DNA of 64,000 nucleotides from Candidatus Latescibacterota bacterium (lineage in GTDB: Bacteria > Latescibacterota > UBA2968 > UBA8231), in NCBI GenBank assembly GCA_965217585.1, contig OZ244561.1, positions 5,760,001-5,824,000 of the forward strand. The letters are read 5' to 3'. The position numbers were made by a program, and so were the translations under genes. Under the pieces are notes generated by a model. That model had not been told where the DNA came from, searched no databases, and worked only from the letters and a program-made list of their open reading frames with translations. Positions 9,320 to 19,423 of the stretch are shown here, piece by piece; position 1 is the stretch's first letter; each line of letters opens with the position of its first letter.

Positions 9320-9786
9320 TCATCCGGGCTTGGCGCATCGTCCAGATGCGCTTCGCGGATCGGGCTTTTGAAGGGGAAGGAGCGCGTCTTTTCGGGGGAC
9401 GTTGGAATCGCCGGGGCACCCCTATCATCTACACTGCGGAATCGCTGTCGTTGGCCATGCTCGAAATCCTCGTCAACCTCGACTCCGCCGCAACCCTTGA
9501 CCGATATCTGAGCATTCCAGTCGAATTTGACGACAGCCTGTGCAAGGTACTGGCATTGGACGCCTTGCCCGATAATTGGGCATCCGATCCGGTGCCGCCA
9601 AACGTCCAAGAGATGGGGTCTAGTTGGGCCGCCGCTCGTGAATCAGCAGTGCTCGTCGTTCCCAGTGCCGTCGTTTCGCAGGAACACAATTTCCTTTTAA
9701 ATCCACAGCATCCCGACTTCGCGCAAATACGCATCGGCCGCTCCACTGAATTCGACTTCGACCAGAGGCTAATCAGGGGATTTTAA
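9316..9786 (+). CDS. RES domain toxin (NAD+ phosphorylase / ParT-like)
   Basis: GTG overlaps the antitoxin stop. Motifs GEGA..FGGRWN..G, YTAESLSLAMLE.LV and VPSAVV..E.N.LLNP.HPDF. Confidence 0.9.
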   Translation: MIIRAWRIVQMRFADRAFEGEGARLFGGRWNRRGTPIIYTAESLSLAMLEILVNLDSAATLDRYLSIPVEFDDSLCKVLALDALPDNWASDPVPPNVQEMGSSWAAARESAVLVVPSAVVSQEHNFLLNPQHPDFAQIRIGRSTEFDFDQRLIRGF

Positions 9787-9906
9787 GGCAAATGCGGTTT
9801 AGTTTGCGGATTTCAAACCGAGACCCTACCATAAATCTCCCCGGCAGATCGTCTGTCCGCGGGCTGTTCGCTTGCTTCAGTCCCCTATCTCGATCAAATA
9901 AAAACC

Positions 9907-10881
9907 ATGTTCAAAGCACTCATCTTACATGAGCACTCCGCTCTCATCGAAGAACTCGACGAAAGCCGCCTGCCCGCCGGCGACGTAGAAATCGCCGTCG
10001 CCTATTCCTCACTCAACTACAAGGACGGGCTTGTCCTCAATGGCTTGGGCGGCTTGGTCAAAACCTACCCCCACGTCCCCGGCCTTGACCTCGCCGGCAC
10101 CGTCGTCCACAGCCAGAGCAACCAGTTCCAACCCGGCGACCAAGTTATATGCACGGGTTGGCGCGTCGGCGAAATCCACTGGGGCGGCTACGCGCAAAAG
10201 GCGCGGCTCAAGGCCGACTGGCTCGTGCCGCTGCCCGCCGGCCTGACCCTGCGCAATGCCATGGGATTAGGTGCCGCGGGCCTGACCGCGGCCATCTCCT
10301 TAGAAGCGCTCGAAGCCCACGGCCTCACGCCCGCAAAAGGCGAGGTCCTCGTCACCGGCGCGGCCGGCGGCGTCGGCTCCTTATCCGTTCTGCTGCTCGC
10401 CTCGCTGGGCTACCAAGTCGCCGCATCCACTGGCCGCCCCGAACTCGAACCCTATCTAAAAGATCTCGGCGCCCAGACCATCATCCCGCGCCAAGACCTC
10501 GCCGAGCCATCCAACAAACCCTTGGAAAGTGCGCGCTGGGCCGCCTGCATCGACTCGGTCGGCGGTACCACGCTAGCCCGCGTCTTGGCCCAAATGGCCT
10601 ATGGGGGTTCCGTCGCCTCGGTGGGCTTAGCCGGCGGGGCCCAACTCGCAACTACCGTCATCCCCTTCTTGCTGCGCGGCGCCAACATCCTCGGCATCGA
10701 CTCCGTGTTCTACCCAGCCGAGCGCCGCGCTGCCGCTTGGGCGCGCTTGGCCACTGAACTGCCCTTGGAAAAATTAGATCTGATCTGCACTGAGGTCGGT
10801 TTAGCCGACGTCCCCCGCCTCGGCAAGGACATCTTAGCGGGCAAAGTGCAGGGGCGCGTCATCGTCAATCCCAATCAGTAA
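9907..10881 (+). CDS. acuI: acryloyl-CoA reductase AcuI/YhdH family MDR oxidoreductase
   Basis: Motifs YSSLNYKD, VPG.D.AG, HWGGYAQ, VTGAAGGVGS and PF.LRG..I.GIDSV. Confidence 0.8.
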   Translation: MFKALILHEHSALIEELDESRLPAGDVEIAVAYSSLNYKDGLVLNGLGGLVKTYPHVPGLDLAGTVVHSQSNQFQPGDQVICTGWRVGEIHWGGYAQKARLKADWLVPLPAGLTLRNAMGLGAAGLTAAISLEALEAHGLTPAKGEVLVTGAAGGVGSLSVLLLASLGYQVAASTGRPELEPYLKDLGAQTIIPRQDLAEPSNKPLESARWAACIDSVGGTTLARVLAQMAYGGSVASVGLAGGAQLATTVIPFLLRGANILGIDSVFYPAERRAAAWARLATELPLEKLDLICTEVGLADVPRLGKDILAGKVQGRVIVNPNQ

Positions 10882-10894
10882 GGAAAAACTCGCT

Positions 10895-11878
10895 ATGCGC
10901 CGACTAACGCTTCTACTCCTCACCCTCGCCGCCACCCAAGCTGGAGCCGACGACAACATGCCCGGTACCGACCGCATCACCTACTTCGGCTACGAAGACT
11001 GCATCCTCCTCGAAAACGACCATACCCGCGTCGTCCTCACCTCATCGGCCGGCCGCGTTCTCGAATACTCGCGCAAAGGCCCCAACGCCATCTACCTCGA
11101 CCCCGCGCAAGAAGGCGCAACCTTTGAGGGCGGCGATCCTCCCTTCGGCCCCACTGGCGGCCGCCTCGACATCGGCCCAGAAATGGTCATTCCCGCTCAT
11201 CCCGACCTCTGGCTTGGGCAGTGGGAAAGCCAGATCACCGGCCCGCGCTCGGCGCGCCTGATCAGCAAAAAGGACGAGCCTACCGGCGTCCAACTCATCC
11301 GCGACTTCCAGCTCGCCGAGGACTCCACGCACTTGAGCGTCACCCAGACCATCAAAAACGTCTCCGACAGCGAAAAGCACTGGGGCCACTGGAGCCGCAC
11401 CTTTGGCACCGGCGGCGGCATCGTACTCATCCCCTTGACGCCTAAGAGCCGCTTCCCGGATTCCTATGTCATGTACGGCCCTGGCCCGGTCATCAACTAC
11501 CGCCCCGAAGACCCCAATATCCGCATCCGCGACAACTTCCTCGAAGTCCTCTCCACTCCGCTCAGAGCCAAGCTCGGCATGGACTCGCAAGCCGGGTGGT
11601 TCGCCTATCTCGACCGCAACGACCTGCTGTGGGTCAAGCGCTATCCGGTGTACCCCGACCGCCCCTACGGCGAACTGGCCGGGCTGACCATCTCGATATG
11701 GTATTACAAGGATCTAATGTGCGAGTTAGAGCCAATCGGCCCGCGCGAGGACATACCGCCCGGCGGCGAAGCCTCCTTCACCGAGGACTGGTGGCTCCTG
11801 CCCTACACCTATCCCCAAGACGGCAGCGACCTCGATCTCGAAGCCATCAGCGCACTGGTGGAGCAAGAGGTGCGATGA
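10895..11878 (+). CDS. exported hypothetical protein (DUF4380 / aldose-epimerase-like)
   Basis: Signal peptide, long ORF with host-like codon usage, motifs GGR.DIGPE and CELEP.GP. Confidence 0.6.
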   Translation: MRRLTLLLLTLAATQAGADDNMPGTDRITYFGYEDCILLENDHTRVVLTSSAGRVLEYSRKGPNAIYLDPAQEGATFEGGDPPFGPTGGRLDIGPEMVIPAHPDLWLGQWESQITGPRSARLISKKDEPTGVQLIRDFQLAEDSTHLSVTQTIKNVSDSEKHWGHWSRTFGTGGGIVLIPLTPKSRFPDSYVMYGPGPVINYRPEDPNIRIRDNFLEVLSTPLRAKLGMDSQAGWFAYLDRNDLLWVKRYPVYPDRPYGELAGLTISIWYYKDLMCELEPIGPREDIPPGGEASFTEDWWLLPYTYPQDGSDLDLEAISALVEQEVR

Positions 11879-11937
11879 GCATAAAAAGCAGCGGCTAATC
11901 CAGCCAGCATGACACTAGGAAGCAGAGCACCAGCACT

Positions 11938-11965
11938 TGTCATGCTGAGCGGAGCGAAGCATCTC
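11938..11965. repeat. REP-like element TGTCATGCTGAGCGGAGCGAAGCATCTC between convergent genes
   Basis: Matches a widespread GTCATnCTGAGCG.AGCGAAG.ATCT intergenic repeat type and contains an internal ATGCT...AGCAT stem. Confidence 0.45.
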
Positions 11966-11988
11966 AGACCACCTCCACTGTCGTGTAC

Positions 11989-13200
11989 TTAGGCCGCCAG
12001 AATCTTCTCGTACACCTCCATCCGCTCGCCCTCGCGCTCTGCTGGATCGGCCAGCTTGAGCCAGACCGCCTGATCCTTTTTGCCCGCGGCGACCTCCTGC
12101 ACAGCGCCCGCTTGCCCGGGATCAGGCCCGCTCCAAATCACCTCGCCGTCCTGTAAAAAGACATAATTGCCAGCGTGGGCGTCCCAAATCCGCTCGTGGT
12201 GGTCCCGATAAAAGAGCGCCTGCTCGCTGGCTGTCTGCCGCAGCCGCGCGATCTGCTCCGCCGGATCGACCAGTGCCGAGTCGAATTCTGCTACCGGTGG
12301 CGTCAGGCCCTCCATGGCAAAGTCGATTTCGTCCAAGTCCACCGTCCCAAAGCCGTGCTCGGCGGCGACCGCCACCGGGCTGCGGTCACGGCGGAAGGGC
12401 GGCGTCGGCCAATCGAGCCGAGGATCGGTGCCCATCAGGTACGAGCCGCAGGCGTCGGTGGCAATGACGTGATCGCCGGCCACCAAACAGTCGGCGATCC
12501 GGCCCTCGCCGCCCCACTCCATGCGCGCTTGACCGGTCAACCCGTCGATGATGTTGAGGCAAGGCTGGGCAATCAGCCCCAAGTCGGGCAGGACATACGA
12601 GAGGCGGATGACGTGGTGGAAGTAGGAGCGCAAGCGGCCGTGCGGCGGAATCGGTGGCAGGCCGAAGAGATTTTTCAGGCACAGGGTGATGCCCATAAAA
12701 CCGTGATTTTTCATCTTGGCCAGCGAGACAAAGGCATCGGCCTCACCCAAGGCGGCCGAGAGCTGGTACTCGGAAAACATGATCCCGCCGTTAGGCACTT
12801 TGTAGCGCTCAAAGGGCGGGTCGCCAGCCTCGACGTATTCGACGCCAAATTCCTCCAAGATCGGCCTAGCGTTGAAATCGTCGCCAGGGCGCTCGCCCGC
12901 AGGCGAGAAGCTGGTATCGAGCGCGAAGATTTCCGCGTCGCTACGCGCCCGCAAAAGCCGCAGCACCGCCCGCATCACGTCGTCGTCCACCAGTTCCTGA
13001 CGCCGCCCGCCGATCCGGCGGATGCTATTGGTGCGCATCTGCATATTGATCTTGATGCCAATCCGCCGCGCCTTTTCGATCTTGGCCCACGACCGGCTCA
13101 GCGGCGCGGTGATTTCCACTAGCCTGTCGTAGATCTCATCGGGTGAGGCCCGGTGGCTACAGTGGGTGGCGCGGACTGCGTAGTCTTTCTGACTGTTCAT
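11989..13200 (-). CDS. DUF362 domain-containing protein
   Basis: Motifs SLAKMKNH..GITLCLKNLFG, IIDG..G and AG...ATD. Confidence 0.75.
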   Translation of the reverse strand: MNSQKDYAVRATHCSHRASPDEIYDRLVEITAPLSRSWAKIEKARRIGIKINMQMRTNSIRRIGGRRQELVDDDVMRAVLRLLRARSDAEIFALDTSFSPAGERPGDDFNARPILEEFGVEYVEAGDPPFERYKVPNGGIMFSEYQLSAALGEADAFVSLAKMKNHGFMGITLCLKNLFGLPPIPPHGRLRSYFHHVIRLSYVLPDLGLIAQPCLNIIDGLTGQARMEWGGEGRIADCLVAGDHVIATDACGSYLMGTDPRLDWPTPPFRRDRSPVAVAAEHGFGTVDLDEIDFAMEGLTPPVAEFDSALVDPAEQIARLRQTASEQALFYRDHHERIWDAHAGNYVFLQDGEVIWSGPDPGQAGAVQEVAAGKKDQAVWLKLADPAEREGERMEVYEKILAA

Positions 13201-13340
13201 AGCTTCTAATCCTCCCGATTATGAGTTGACTCGGACAAGTTGCACACCGGGCCGCCGATTGACAAGGATTGGCGGCGCTCGTTATGTACTTAAATGTTTA
13301 ACCTCCACTCCCTCTTTACCAAGATCAAGGCAGACTAACC

Positions 13341-15503
13341 GTGTCCAACCTCCGCATGCAGCTTCCTTGCGCCTTTCTTGGTCTCCTGCTCGCTGTTTCC
13401 AGCGCCTACCCAGCCGATTGGCCCTCTTGGCGCGGCCCGGCGCAAAATGGCGTCTCCGAGGAGACCGGCATCGTCGAATCCTGGTCGCCTATCTGGCACG
13501 CCGAATTTACCGGCCGCTCGACTCCCATCGTCCTCGACGGACGAGTATTCGTCATCGGCCGTCGCGGCGAGGGCATCGCCCAAGAGGGCGTCGTCGCCGC
13601 CTTTGACGCCCAAGACGGCAGCCTGCTCTGGGAGCACGCCTACAACATCTTCCACACCACCATTCCCTTCAACCGCGTCGGCTGGGCCAGCCTCGCTGGC
13701 GACCCAGAAACCGGCTATATCTATGGCCATACCGTCAGCGGACTGTTCTTTTGCTTCGACCGCGACGGCAAGGTCGTCTGGTCGCGCTCGCTGACCGAGG
13801 AATTCGGGCGCATCTCCGGCTACGGCGGGCGCATCCACACGCCTGTCGTCGATGAAGACCTAGTCATCATCAGCTATCTCAGTTCCAATTGGGGCAGCCA
13901 CACTCCGGGTCGCCATCGCTATTTCGCCTTTGACAAGCGCAGCGGCGAAGCCGTCTGGATCGCCACCCCAGGAGGCCGGCCGCTCGACACCACGTACTCC
14001 GTGCCCGTCGTCGCCACCATCAACGGCGTCCGCCTGCTCATCGGCGGCAACGCCGACGGCTCCATCTATGCCATGAAAATCCACACCGGCGAGATGGTGT
14101 GGGGCTTCAAGCTCAGCCGTCGCGGCATCAACTCCTCGGTCGTCGTCGCTGGCGACAAGGTGTACGCGGCCCACAGTGAGGAAAACCTCGACAACACCGC
14201 CCTCGGCCGCGTCGTGTGCATCGACGCCACCGGCCAAGGCGACGTTACGAACACCCACGAAGTCTGGCGCTACGATGGCGTTTTCGCCGGTTATACCAGC
14301 CCGGTAGTCCACGACGGCCGCTTGTACATCATCGACAACTCGGCCAACATCCACGCGCTCGACGCCGCCAGCGGCCAAGTACACTGGATCCACAACATCG
14401 GCACTGTCGGCAAGGGATCGCCCGTGTGGGCCGATGGCCGGCTCTACGCGCCAGAGGTCAACGGCCGCTTCGCCATCGTCGCCCCTAGCAGCGACACCGC
14501 CGAGACCCTCGACCTTGCCGAGATTGCAATGCCCGACGGCCGCCCAGCCGAACTGTTCAGCTCGCCCGCCATAGCCTACAGCCGCATCTACCTTTCCACC
14601 GAGGCCGGTGTTTACTGTCTCGGCGACCCAGCGGCGCAGTTCAAGGTCGCAGCGACTGAAGCCAACTATCCACGCGAGCAAGCTCCCGCAGGCGCAACAC
14701 CGGCGCACCTACAAATCATCCCCGCCGAAGTCGTCGCCCAGCCTGGAGCCCGCGTGCCATTCCACGCCCGAGCCTTCGACGCGCATGGCCGCCTGATCGG
14801 CCCGGTCGCAGCCGAATGGTCGCTCGCCGGTGCGGTCGGCCAACTCGACGACAATATGCTTATCCTCGCGGACGCACCCAGTGGCGGCAAAATCGTCGCC
14901 AGCGCCGGCGAATTAACCGCCGAGGCGCGCATCGCCGTACTACCACCGCCGACCTACAGCGAAGACTTCGGGGGATTCGCCGCCGATGCCTCACCGGTGT
15001 GGGTCGGCACGGGCAGCAAATTCAAGGTGCGCGAAATGGAAGGCAACAAGGTGCTAGTCAAACCGCCCGCCGCCCGCGGCCTGCATCGCGCCAACACCTA
15101 TCTCGGCGCGCCCGAGCAGGCTGGCTACACCATCCAAGCCGACCTACTCGGCACCAAGAAGCGCCGCGCCGTCCCCGACATGGGCCTGATCGCGAATCGC
15201 TACACCCTCGACCTGATGGGCTACCACCAGCAGTTGCAGATCCGCACTTGGGCCGCCGAGCTGCGGATGGCCAAAACCGTGCCCTTCGCCTGGGAGACCG
15301 ACGTCTGGTACACCATGAAGATGCAGGTGGAAATCGAAGGCGATACAGTCCATATCCGCGGCAAAGTCTGGCCCCGCGACGAGCCGGAGCCAGCTAGGTG
15401 GAGCATCCAAGCGATCGATCCTCTGCCCAACCGCAGCGGCAGCCCCGGCATCTACGGCTATTCCCCCGCCGAAATCTACTACGACAACCTGAAAGTTTGG
15501 TAA
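13341..15503 (+). CDS. exported PQQ-binding-like beta-propeller (BamB-like) protein with C-terminal lectin-like domain
   Basis: Signal peptide followed by ADWPSWRGP. Repeated S(T)P....G..Y / D..G...W blades. C-terminal W.T.K..VE...RGKVWP....EP..W domain. Confidence 0.8.
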   Translation: MSNLRMQLPCAFLGLLLAVSSAYPADWPSWRGPAQNGVSEETGIVESWSPIWHAEFTGRSTPIVLDGRVFVIGRRGEGIAQEGVVAAFDAQDGSLLWEHAYNIFHTTIPFNRVGWASLAGDPETGYIYGHTVSGLFFCFDRDGKVVWSRSLTEEFGRISGYGGRIHTPVVDEDLVIISYLSSNWGSHTPGRHRYFAFDKRSGEAVWIATPGGRPLDTTYSVPVVATINGVRLLIGGNADGSIYAMKIHTGEMVWGFKLSRRGINSSVVVAGDKVYAAHSEENLDNTALGRVVCIDATGQGDVTNTHEVWRYDGVFAGYTSPVVHDGRLYIIDNSANIHALDAASGQVHWIHNIGTVGKGSPVWADGRLYAPEVNGRFAIVAPSSDTAETLDLAEIAMPDGRPAELFSSPAIAYSRIYLSTEAGVYCLGDPAAQFKVAATEANYPREQAPAGATPAHLQIIPAEVVAQPGARVPFHARAFDAHGRLIGPVAAEWSLAGAVGQLDDNMLILADAPSGGKIVASAGELTAEARIAVLPPPTYSEDFGGFAADASPVWVGTGSKFKVREMEGNKVLVKPPAARGLHRANTYLGAPEQAGYTIQADLLGTKKRRAVPDMGLIANRYTLDLMGYHQQLQIRTWAAELRMAKTVPFAWETDVWYTMKMQVEIEGDTVHIRGKVWPRDEPEPARWSIQAIDPLPNRSGSPGIYGYSPAEIYYDNLKVW

Positions 15504-16930
15504 TGCATACAGCTACGCGCAGCCTCAGCCTCATCCTCGCCCTAACCGTTTCCGCTAGCGCTCAAACCGCGATGTGGGGCGGCTCGCCGGGGCGCAACCA
15601 AGCCTCGGACGAGCAAAACCTGCCCACCACTTGGGACACTGAAACCGGCGAAAACGTCAAGTGGCGCGCCACCCTCGGCTCGCAGACCTACGGCGGCCCC
15701 CTGATCGTCGGCGACAAAATTTTCGTCGGCACCAACAACCAGGCCGAGCGCGATCCCAACCACAAGGGCGACCGCGGGGTGGTGATGGCTTTTAACCGCG
15801 CCGACGGTGCCTTCCTCTGGCAAATCGCCCATCCCAAGCTGCCGGCTGGCCGCGTCAACGACTGGCCGCAGCAGGGCGTCTGCTCTACTCCTTTTGTCTC
15901 CGGCGACCGCCTCTACTATATCTCCAACCGCGCCGAAGTCGTATGCCTCGACACCGAGGGATTTTTAGACAGCGAGAACGACGGCCCCATCGCCGACGAA
16001 ACCGCCACCGCGCCCACCAACGCGGATCTGATCTGGAAATTCGACATGATCGCCGAGTTGGACGTCTTCCCCCACAACCTCGCCACCAGCTCGCCCATAG
16101 GCGTGGACGGCCGCCTCTTCGCCCTGACCAGCAACGGCGTGGACGAGGGCCACGTCCACATCCCGGCCCCCTTTGCCCCCAGCTTCATCGCCCTCGACAT
16201 GCAGACCGGCAGCCTCATCTGGGACAGCGACCTGCCCGGCGACCAGATTCTGCACGGCCAGTGGTCCAACCCCGCCTACGGCGAAGCCGGTGGCCGCAAG
16301 CAAGTGATCTTCCCCGGCGGCGACGGCTGGGTCTATGCCCTCGCGCCCGACACCGGCGAGCTGATCTGGAAATTCGACTGCAACCCCAAGGATTCGGTCT
16401 GGGAATTGGGCGGCCGCGGCACCCGCAACAACCTCGTCTCAACGCCCGTCTTCCACGACGGCATAGTCTATCTCGGCGTCGGCCAAGACCCCGAGCACGG
16501 CGAAGGCGAGGGGCACCTGTGGGCCATCGACGCCAGCGGCACCGGCGACATCACCGAGACAGGCGCGATCTGGCACTTCGGCGGCGAACACTACAACCGC
16601 ACCATCTCGACCGTCGCCATTGCCGACGGCCTGCTCTACACCGCCGACCTAAGCGGTTTCGTCTATTGCCTCGACGCCAAGACCGGCACCCACCACTGGA
16701 CCCACGACACGTTCGCCGCGATCTGGGGCTCGCCCTTTGTCGCCGACGGCAAGGTCTATATAGGTGACGAGGACGGCGACATCGATATTCTCAAGGCCGG
16801 CAAAACGCTCGAAGTACTACTCGAAACAAATCTGGGCAGCGCTGTGTACACCACCCCGGTCGCCTACGACGGCGTCCTCTACATTGCCTCTCGCAACACC
16901 CTCTTCGCCATCGCGGAAGAGAGCCCATGA
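15503..16930 (+). CDS. exported PQQ-binding-like beta-propeller protein
   Basis: ATG 15503 overlaps the upstream TAA. Signal peptide, MWGG...RN, NVKW.A.LGSQTYG.P and multiple propeller blades. Confidence 0.82.
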   Translation: MHTATRSLSLILALTVSASAQTAMWGGSPGRNQASDEQNLPTTWDTETGENVKWRATLGSQTYGGPLIVGDKIFVGTNNQAERDPNHKGDRGVVMAFNRADGAFLWQIAHPKLPAGRVNDWPQQGVCSTPFVSGDRLYYISNRAEVVCLDTEGFLDSENDGPIADETATAPTNADLIWKFDMIAELDVFPHNLATSSPIGVDGRLFALTSNGVDEGHVHIPAPFAPSFIALDMQTGSLIWDSDLPGDQILHGQWSNPAYGEAGGRKQVIFPGGDGWVYALAPDTGELIWKFDCNPKDSVWELGGRGTRNNLVSTPVFHDGIVYLGVGQDPEHGEGEGHLWAIDASGTGDITETGAIWHFGGEHYNRTISTVAIADGLLYTADLSGFVYCLDAKTGTHHWTHDTFAAIWGSPFVADGKVYIGDEDGDIDILKAGKTLEVLLETNLGSAVYTTPVAYDGVLYIASRNTLFAIAEESP

Positions 16931-18003
16931 GCGTTGCACCAGACAAAATCGCCGCTGCCCGCGTAGCCCTCGACGCCCACGTCCGCACCATCGTCGAGTG
17001 GCACTTCAACCCCGAGACCGGATGCCCCTTTTGGCTCTCCTACGCACAACAACTCGACTTCGACCCGCGCGAGAAAATTCGCTCCTACGCCGACTTGGCC
17101 CTGCTCGGCCACTTTGAGGACGAGTGGCTGCGCGGCGGCCCGGTGCGTCAGTGGGTGCCCAAAGCCTACTCCGACGAGCCGATCTATGTCTTCGAGACTG
17201 GCGGCTCGACCGGCTTGCCCAAATACCGCATCAACATCCGCGACTTCCAAACCGACTACGCGCTCTACAGTGAGAGCCTGTCCGAGGAGGATTTTCCCAA
17301 GGGGGCCGACTGGCTGATGCTGGGGCCTTCGGGGCCGCGCCGCCTGCGCCTAGCCATCGAGTATCTCGCTCAGCTACGCGGCGGCTTGTGCTTTTTGGTT
17401 GATCTCGACCCGCGCTGGGTCAACGAACTCATCCGCGCCGGCAAGATGCGCGACTTGGAAGCCTACAAAGCCCACGTCGTCAATCAGGCACTCAAGATCC
17501 TCAAGGCCCACGACAACGTGCAGTGCGTCTTCACCACCCCCCGCCTCCTCGAAGCCCTCTGCGAAAAAGTCTCGCTGCCCAAGCTCGGCATTAAGGGCAT
17601 CTTCTGCGGCGGCACGGAGATGAACGCCCAGTTCCACCGCTTCGCCCGCGAGGAGTTGGTGCCCGGCCTCGCCTTTGTGCCCACCTACGGCAACACCCTG
17701 ATGGGCCTGGCCTGCCCCAAGCCCTTTGACCCGGCCGACGAGTACGCCATCACCTACTACCCGCCGCAGCCACGCGCCGTCATCGAACTGGTTGATCCCA
17801 AAGACCCTTCGCGCAAGGTCGGCTACGGCGAGACCGGCCAAGTCATGCTCACCACCCTGACCAAGGAATTTTTCATGCCCCGCTTCCTCGAACGCGACGA
17901 GGCCGAACGCGCCGAGCCTATTGACGCGTATCCTTGGGATGGTGTTAAAGACCTGCGCTTGCTGACTGAGTTGCAGGAGTCGGTAGTGGTGGGAGTGTAC
18001 TGA
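16927..18003 (+). CDS. atypical ANL-superfamily adenylating enzyme (EhpF / LuxE / PaaK-like)
   Basis: ATGA overlap with the upstream gene. P-loop FETGGSTGLPK, GGT, TYGNT and G.V.LTTL...F.P.F.ERD. Confidence 0.7.
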   Translation: MSVAPDKIAAARVALDAHVRTIVEWHFNPETGCPFWLSYAQQLDFDPREKIRSYADLALLGHFEDEWLRGGPVRQWVPKAYSDEPIYVFETGGSTGLPKYRINIRDFQTDYALYSESLSEEDFPKGADWLMLGPSGPRRLRLAIEYLAQLRGGLCFLVDLDPRWVNELIRAGKMRDLEAYKAHVVNQALKILKAHDNVQCVFTTPRLLEALCEKVSLPKLGIKGIFCGGTEMNAQFHRFAREELVPGLAFVPTYGNTLMGLACPKPFDPADEYAITYYPPQPRAVIELVDPKDPSRKVGYGETGQVMLTTLTKEFFMPRFLERDEAERAEPIDAYPWDGVKDLRLLTELQESVVVGVY

Positions 18004-18084
18004 GTTGGGCATCCGGCAAATCCCTAAGATGATTGGGAATAGTCGTTCGCTGGTGACGGAGCGCAACAATAAGCTGACACGATG

Positions 18085-18225
18085 CGGTCGCGTCCCGAGC
18101 ATGGGGCACTAGGACTCCATTATGGCGTAGGAGATGGAACCGGGGTGGGGGGACCAGAGCCACCATCTTCTCCAGTAGTTCCAAGGACGCAAGCGGAAGA
18201 TGGCTCGTCCTATCCGACCAATGGC
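18085..18225 (-). mobile_element. IS91-family (Y2 rolling-circle) transposase remnant
   Basis: Fragment WSDRTSHL....LELLEKMVALVPPPRFHLLRHNGVLVPHAR resembles the IS91 C-terminal P.PR.H..RY.G motif. No start or full ORF. Confidence 0.65.
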
Positions 18226-18451
18226 CATGAATCAGACTTGAGACGCAATTCGTAGTCCCGACGGGTATCTCGACCTCTTCACCTACTGAAATGTCAGGAC
18301 AGCTATCGATGAGTTGCAACAGCGAACGTACAGCATATATTTGACACAATTACTCGCCAGTCCTTCAAACTCGTAGAGACAGCGGTGTCGCCTGTAGAAT
18401 TGGCGAGAGTATTCGAATCTATAGCCAGTGAGTATTGCGAGGAGGATAGTC

Positions 18452-19423
18452 ATGGCAGATGGAGATAAGAAGGTTTGTTTCGTTATTGCGCCCATAGGTG
18501 AAACAGAATCTGATACTCGCGAGCGATCTGATTTGATTCTGGAACACATAATTCGACCTGCTTTGGACTCTTACGGCTACGAAGCCGTCCGTGCAGACAA
18601 TATTGATCGCCCAGGGATCATTACCACTCAGGTAATTCAGCATGTTCTTGATGCACCATTAGTCATTGCTGATTTGACAGAACGGAATCCAAACGTTTTC
18701 TATGAGCTAGCTATTAGACACATCACACAAAAGCCATTCATCCAAATCATACAAGAAGGGGAAGTAATTCCCTTTGATGTTGCAGCGACAAGAATAATAC
18801 ACGTCGATCACAACCATCTCGGTAGAGCAGCAGAAGCAAAAGAAAAAATCGAGGCGCAAATTAGATCCCTTGAAGCAAATCCAGAGGATCTTGAGACCCC
18901 AATTTCTACATCTGTTGATCTCCAGCGTCTGCGGCAGATTGATGATCCTCAAGACCGTTTGCTTGTGGATTCGGTTTCTACTGTGATTCGGTCAGAATTG
19001 TCGAATTTTTTAGAGCTAGTCAATGCTCGTGATAGTGTTTCCTGGCGTGAGGTTCGGTCTCTTATAGAAGAAATGGTATCTACCACTAGGGTGTCACAAA
19101 AGAGACCAGGATCCTCATATGTACATCAGCTTCGCGAGGCCGCGCATCGTCGAAGAGATAAATATAGCTTTCTTCTCATACTCAGTCTCTTCCGAGAAAG
19201 TGTGCCTTGGGTGTACGAATTGGGAATGGAAGCATATAGAAAAATCGAAGGTAGGGATTTCTTGAAGGCTAGGGAGATTTTTGACGAAATGGCTCGGCTG
19301 ATAGATATTTTAGGTGGATCTTTACCAAGACATCTTGTGTTGGTCATCGATGATCTACAAATTTTATTTAGGCAATTCGAAGACCTTTCCTCCCTTGATG
19401 AGAGATCTCCCCAGGTTCTATAA
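18452..19423 (+). CDS. nucleoside 2-deoxyribosyltransferase/TIR-like domain protein
   Basis: SD GGAGGA before ATG 18452. Motifs CFVIAPIG, RAD...PG.I, IADLT.RNPNVFYEL.IRH and PFD. Low GC. Confidence 0.75.
   Translation: MADGDKKVCFVIAPIGETESDTRERSDLILEHIIRPALDSYGYEAVRADNIDRPGIITTQVIQHVLDAPLVIADLTERNPNVFYELAIRHITQKPFIQIIQEGEVIPFDVAATRIIHVDHNHLGRAAEAKEKIEAQIRSLEANPEDLETPISTSVDLQRLRQIDDPQDRLLVDSVSTVIRSELSNFLELVNARDSVSWREVRSLIEEMVSTTRVSQKRPGSSYVHQLREAAHRRRDKYSFLLILSLFRESVPWVYELGMEAYRKIEGRDFLKAREIFDEMARLIDILGGSLPRHLVLVIDDLQILFRQFEDLSSLDERSPQVL

Noticed and set aside
12175-13122. Long alternative-frame or antisense ORFs (also 38928-39833, 52706-53638, 56086-57270, 57754-58839, 61396-62292)
   Set aside because: They are shadows of real genes in GC-rich DNA, with Arg/Pro/Ala-rich or antisense-type composition and no motifs.
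13245-13290. TTGACA inside a GCCGCCGATT/GATTGGCGGC hairpin as a promoter or riboswitch
   Set aside because: The -10 match at 17 bp is poor and no riboswitch consensus was recognised.
13341-16930. Calling the propellers PQQ dehydrogenases or BamB
   Set aside because: I did not recognise quinoprotein active-site features such as the vicinal Cys-Cys of alcohol dehydrogenases. There are no pqq genes and no bam/der context, so only the fold is supported.
16927-18003. Phenazine or bioluminescence cluster
   Set aside because: No phz core genes or luxAB/luxD are present in the window.
17945-18349. 134-aa ORF as a functional transposase
   Set aside because: Only about 45 residues resemble IS91, and the catalytic RY.G motif is altered. 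It was treated as a remnant.
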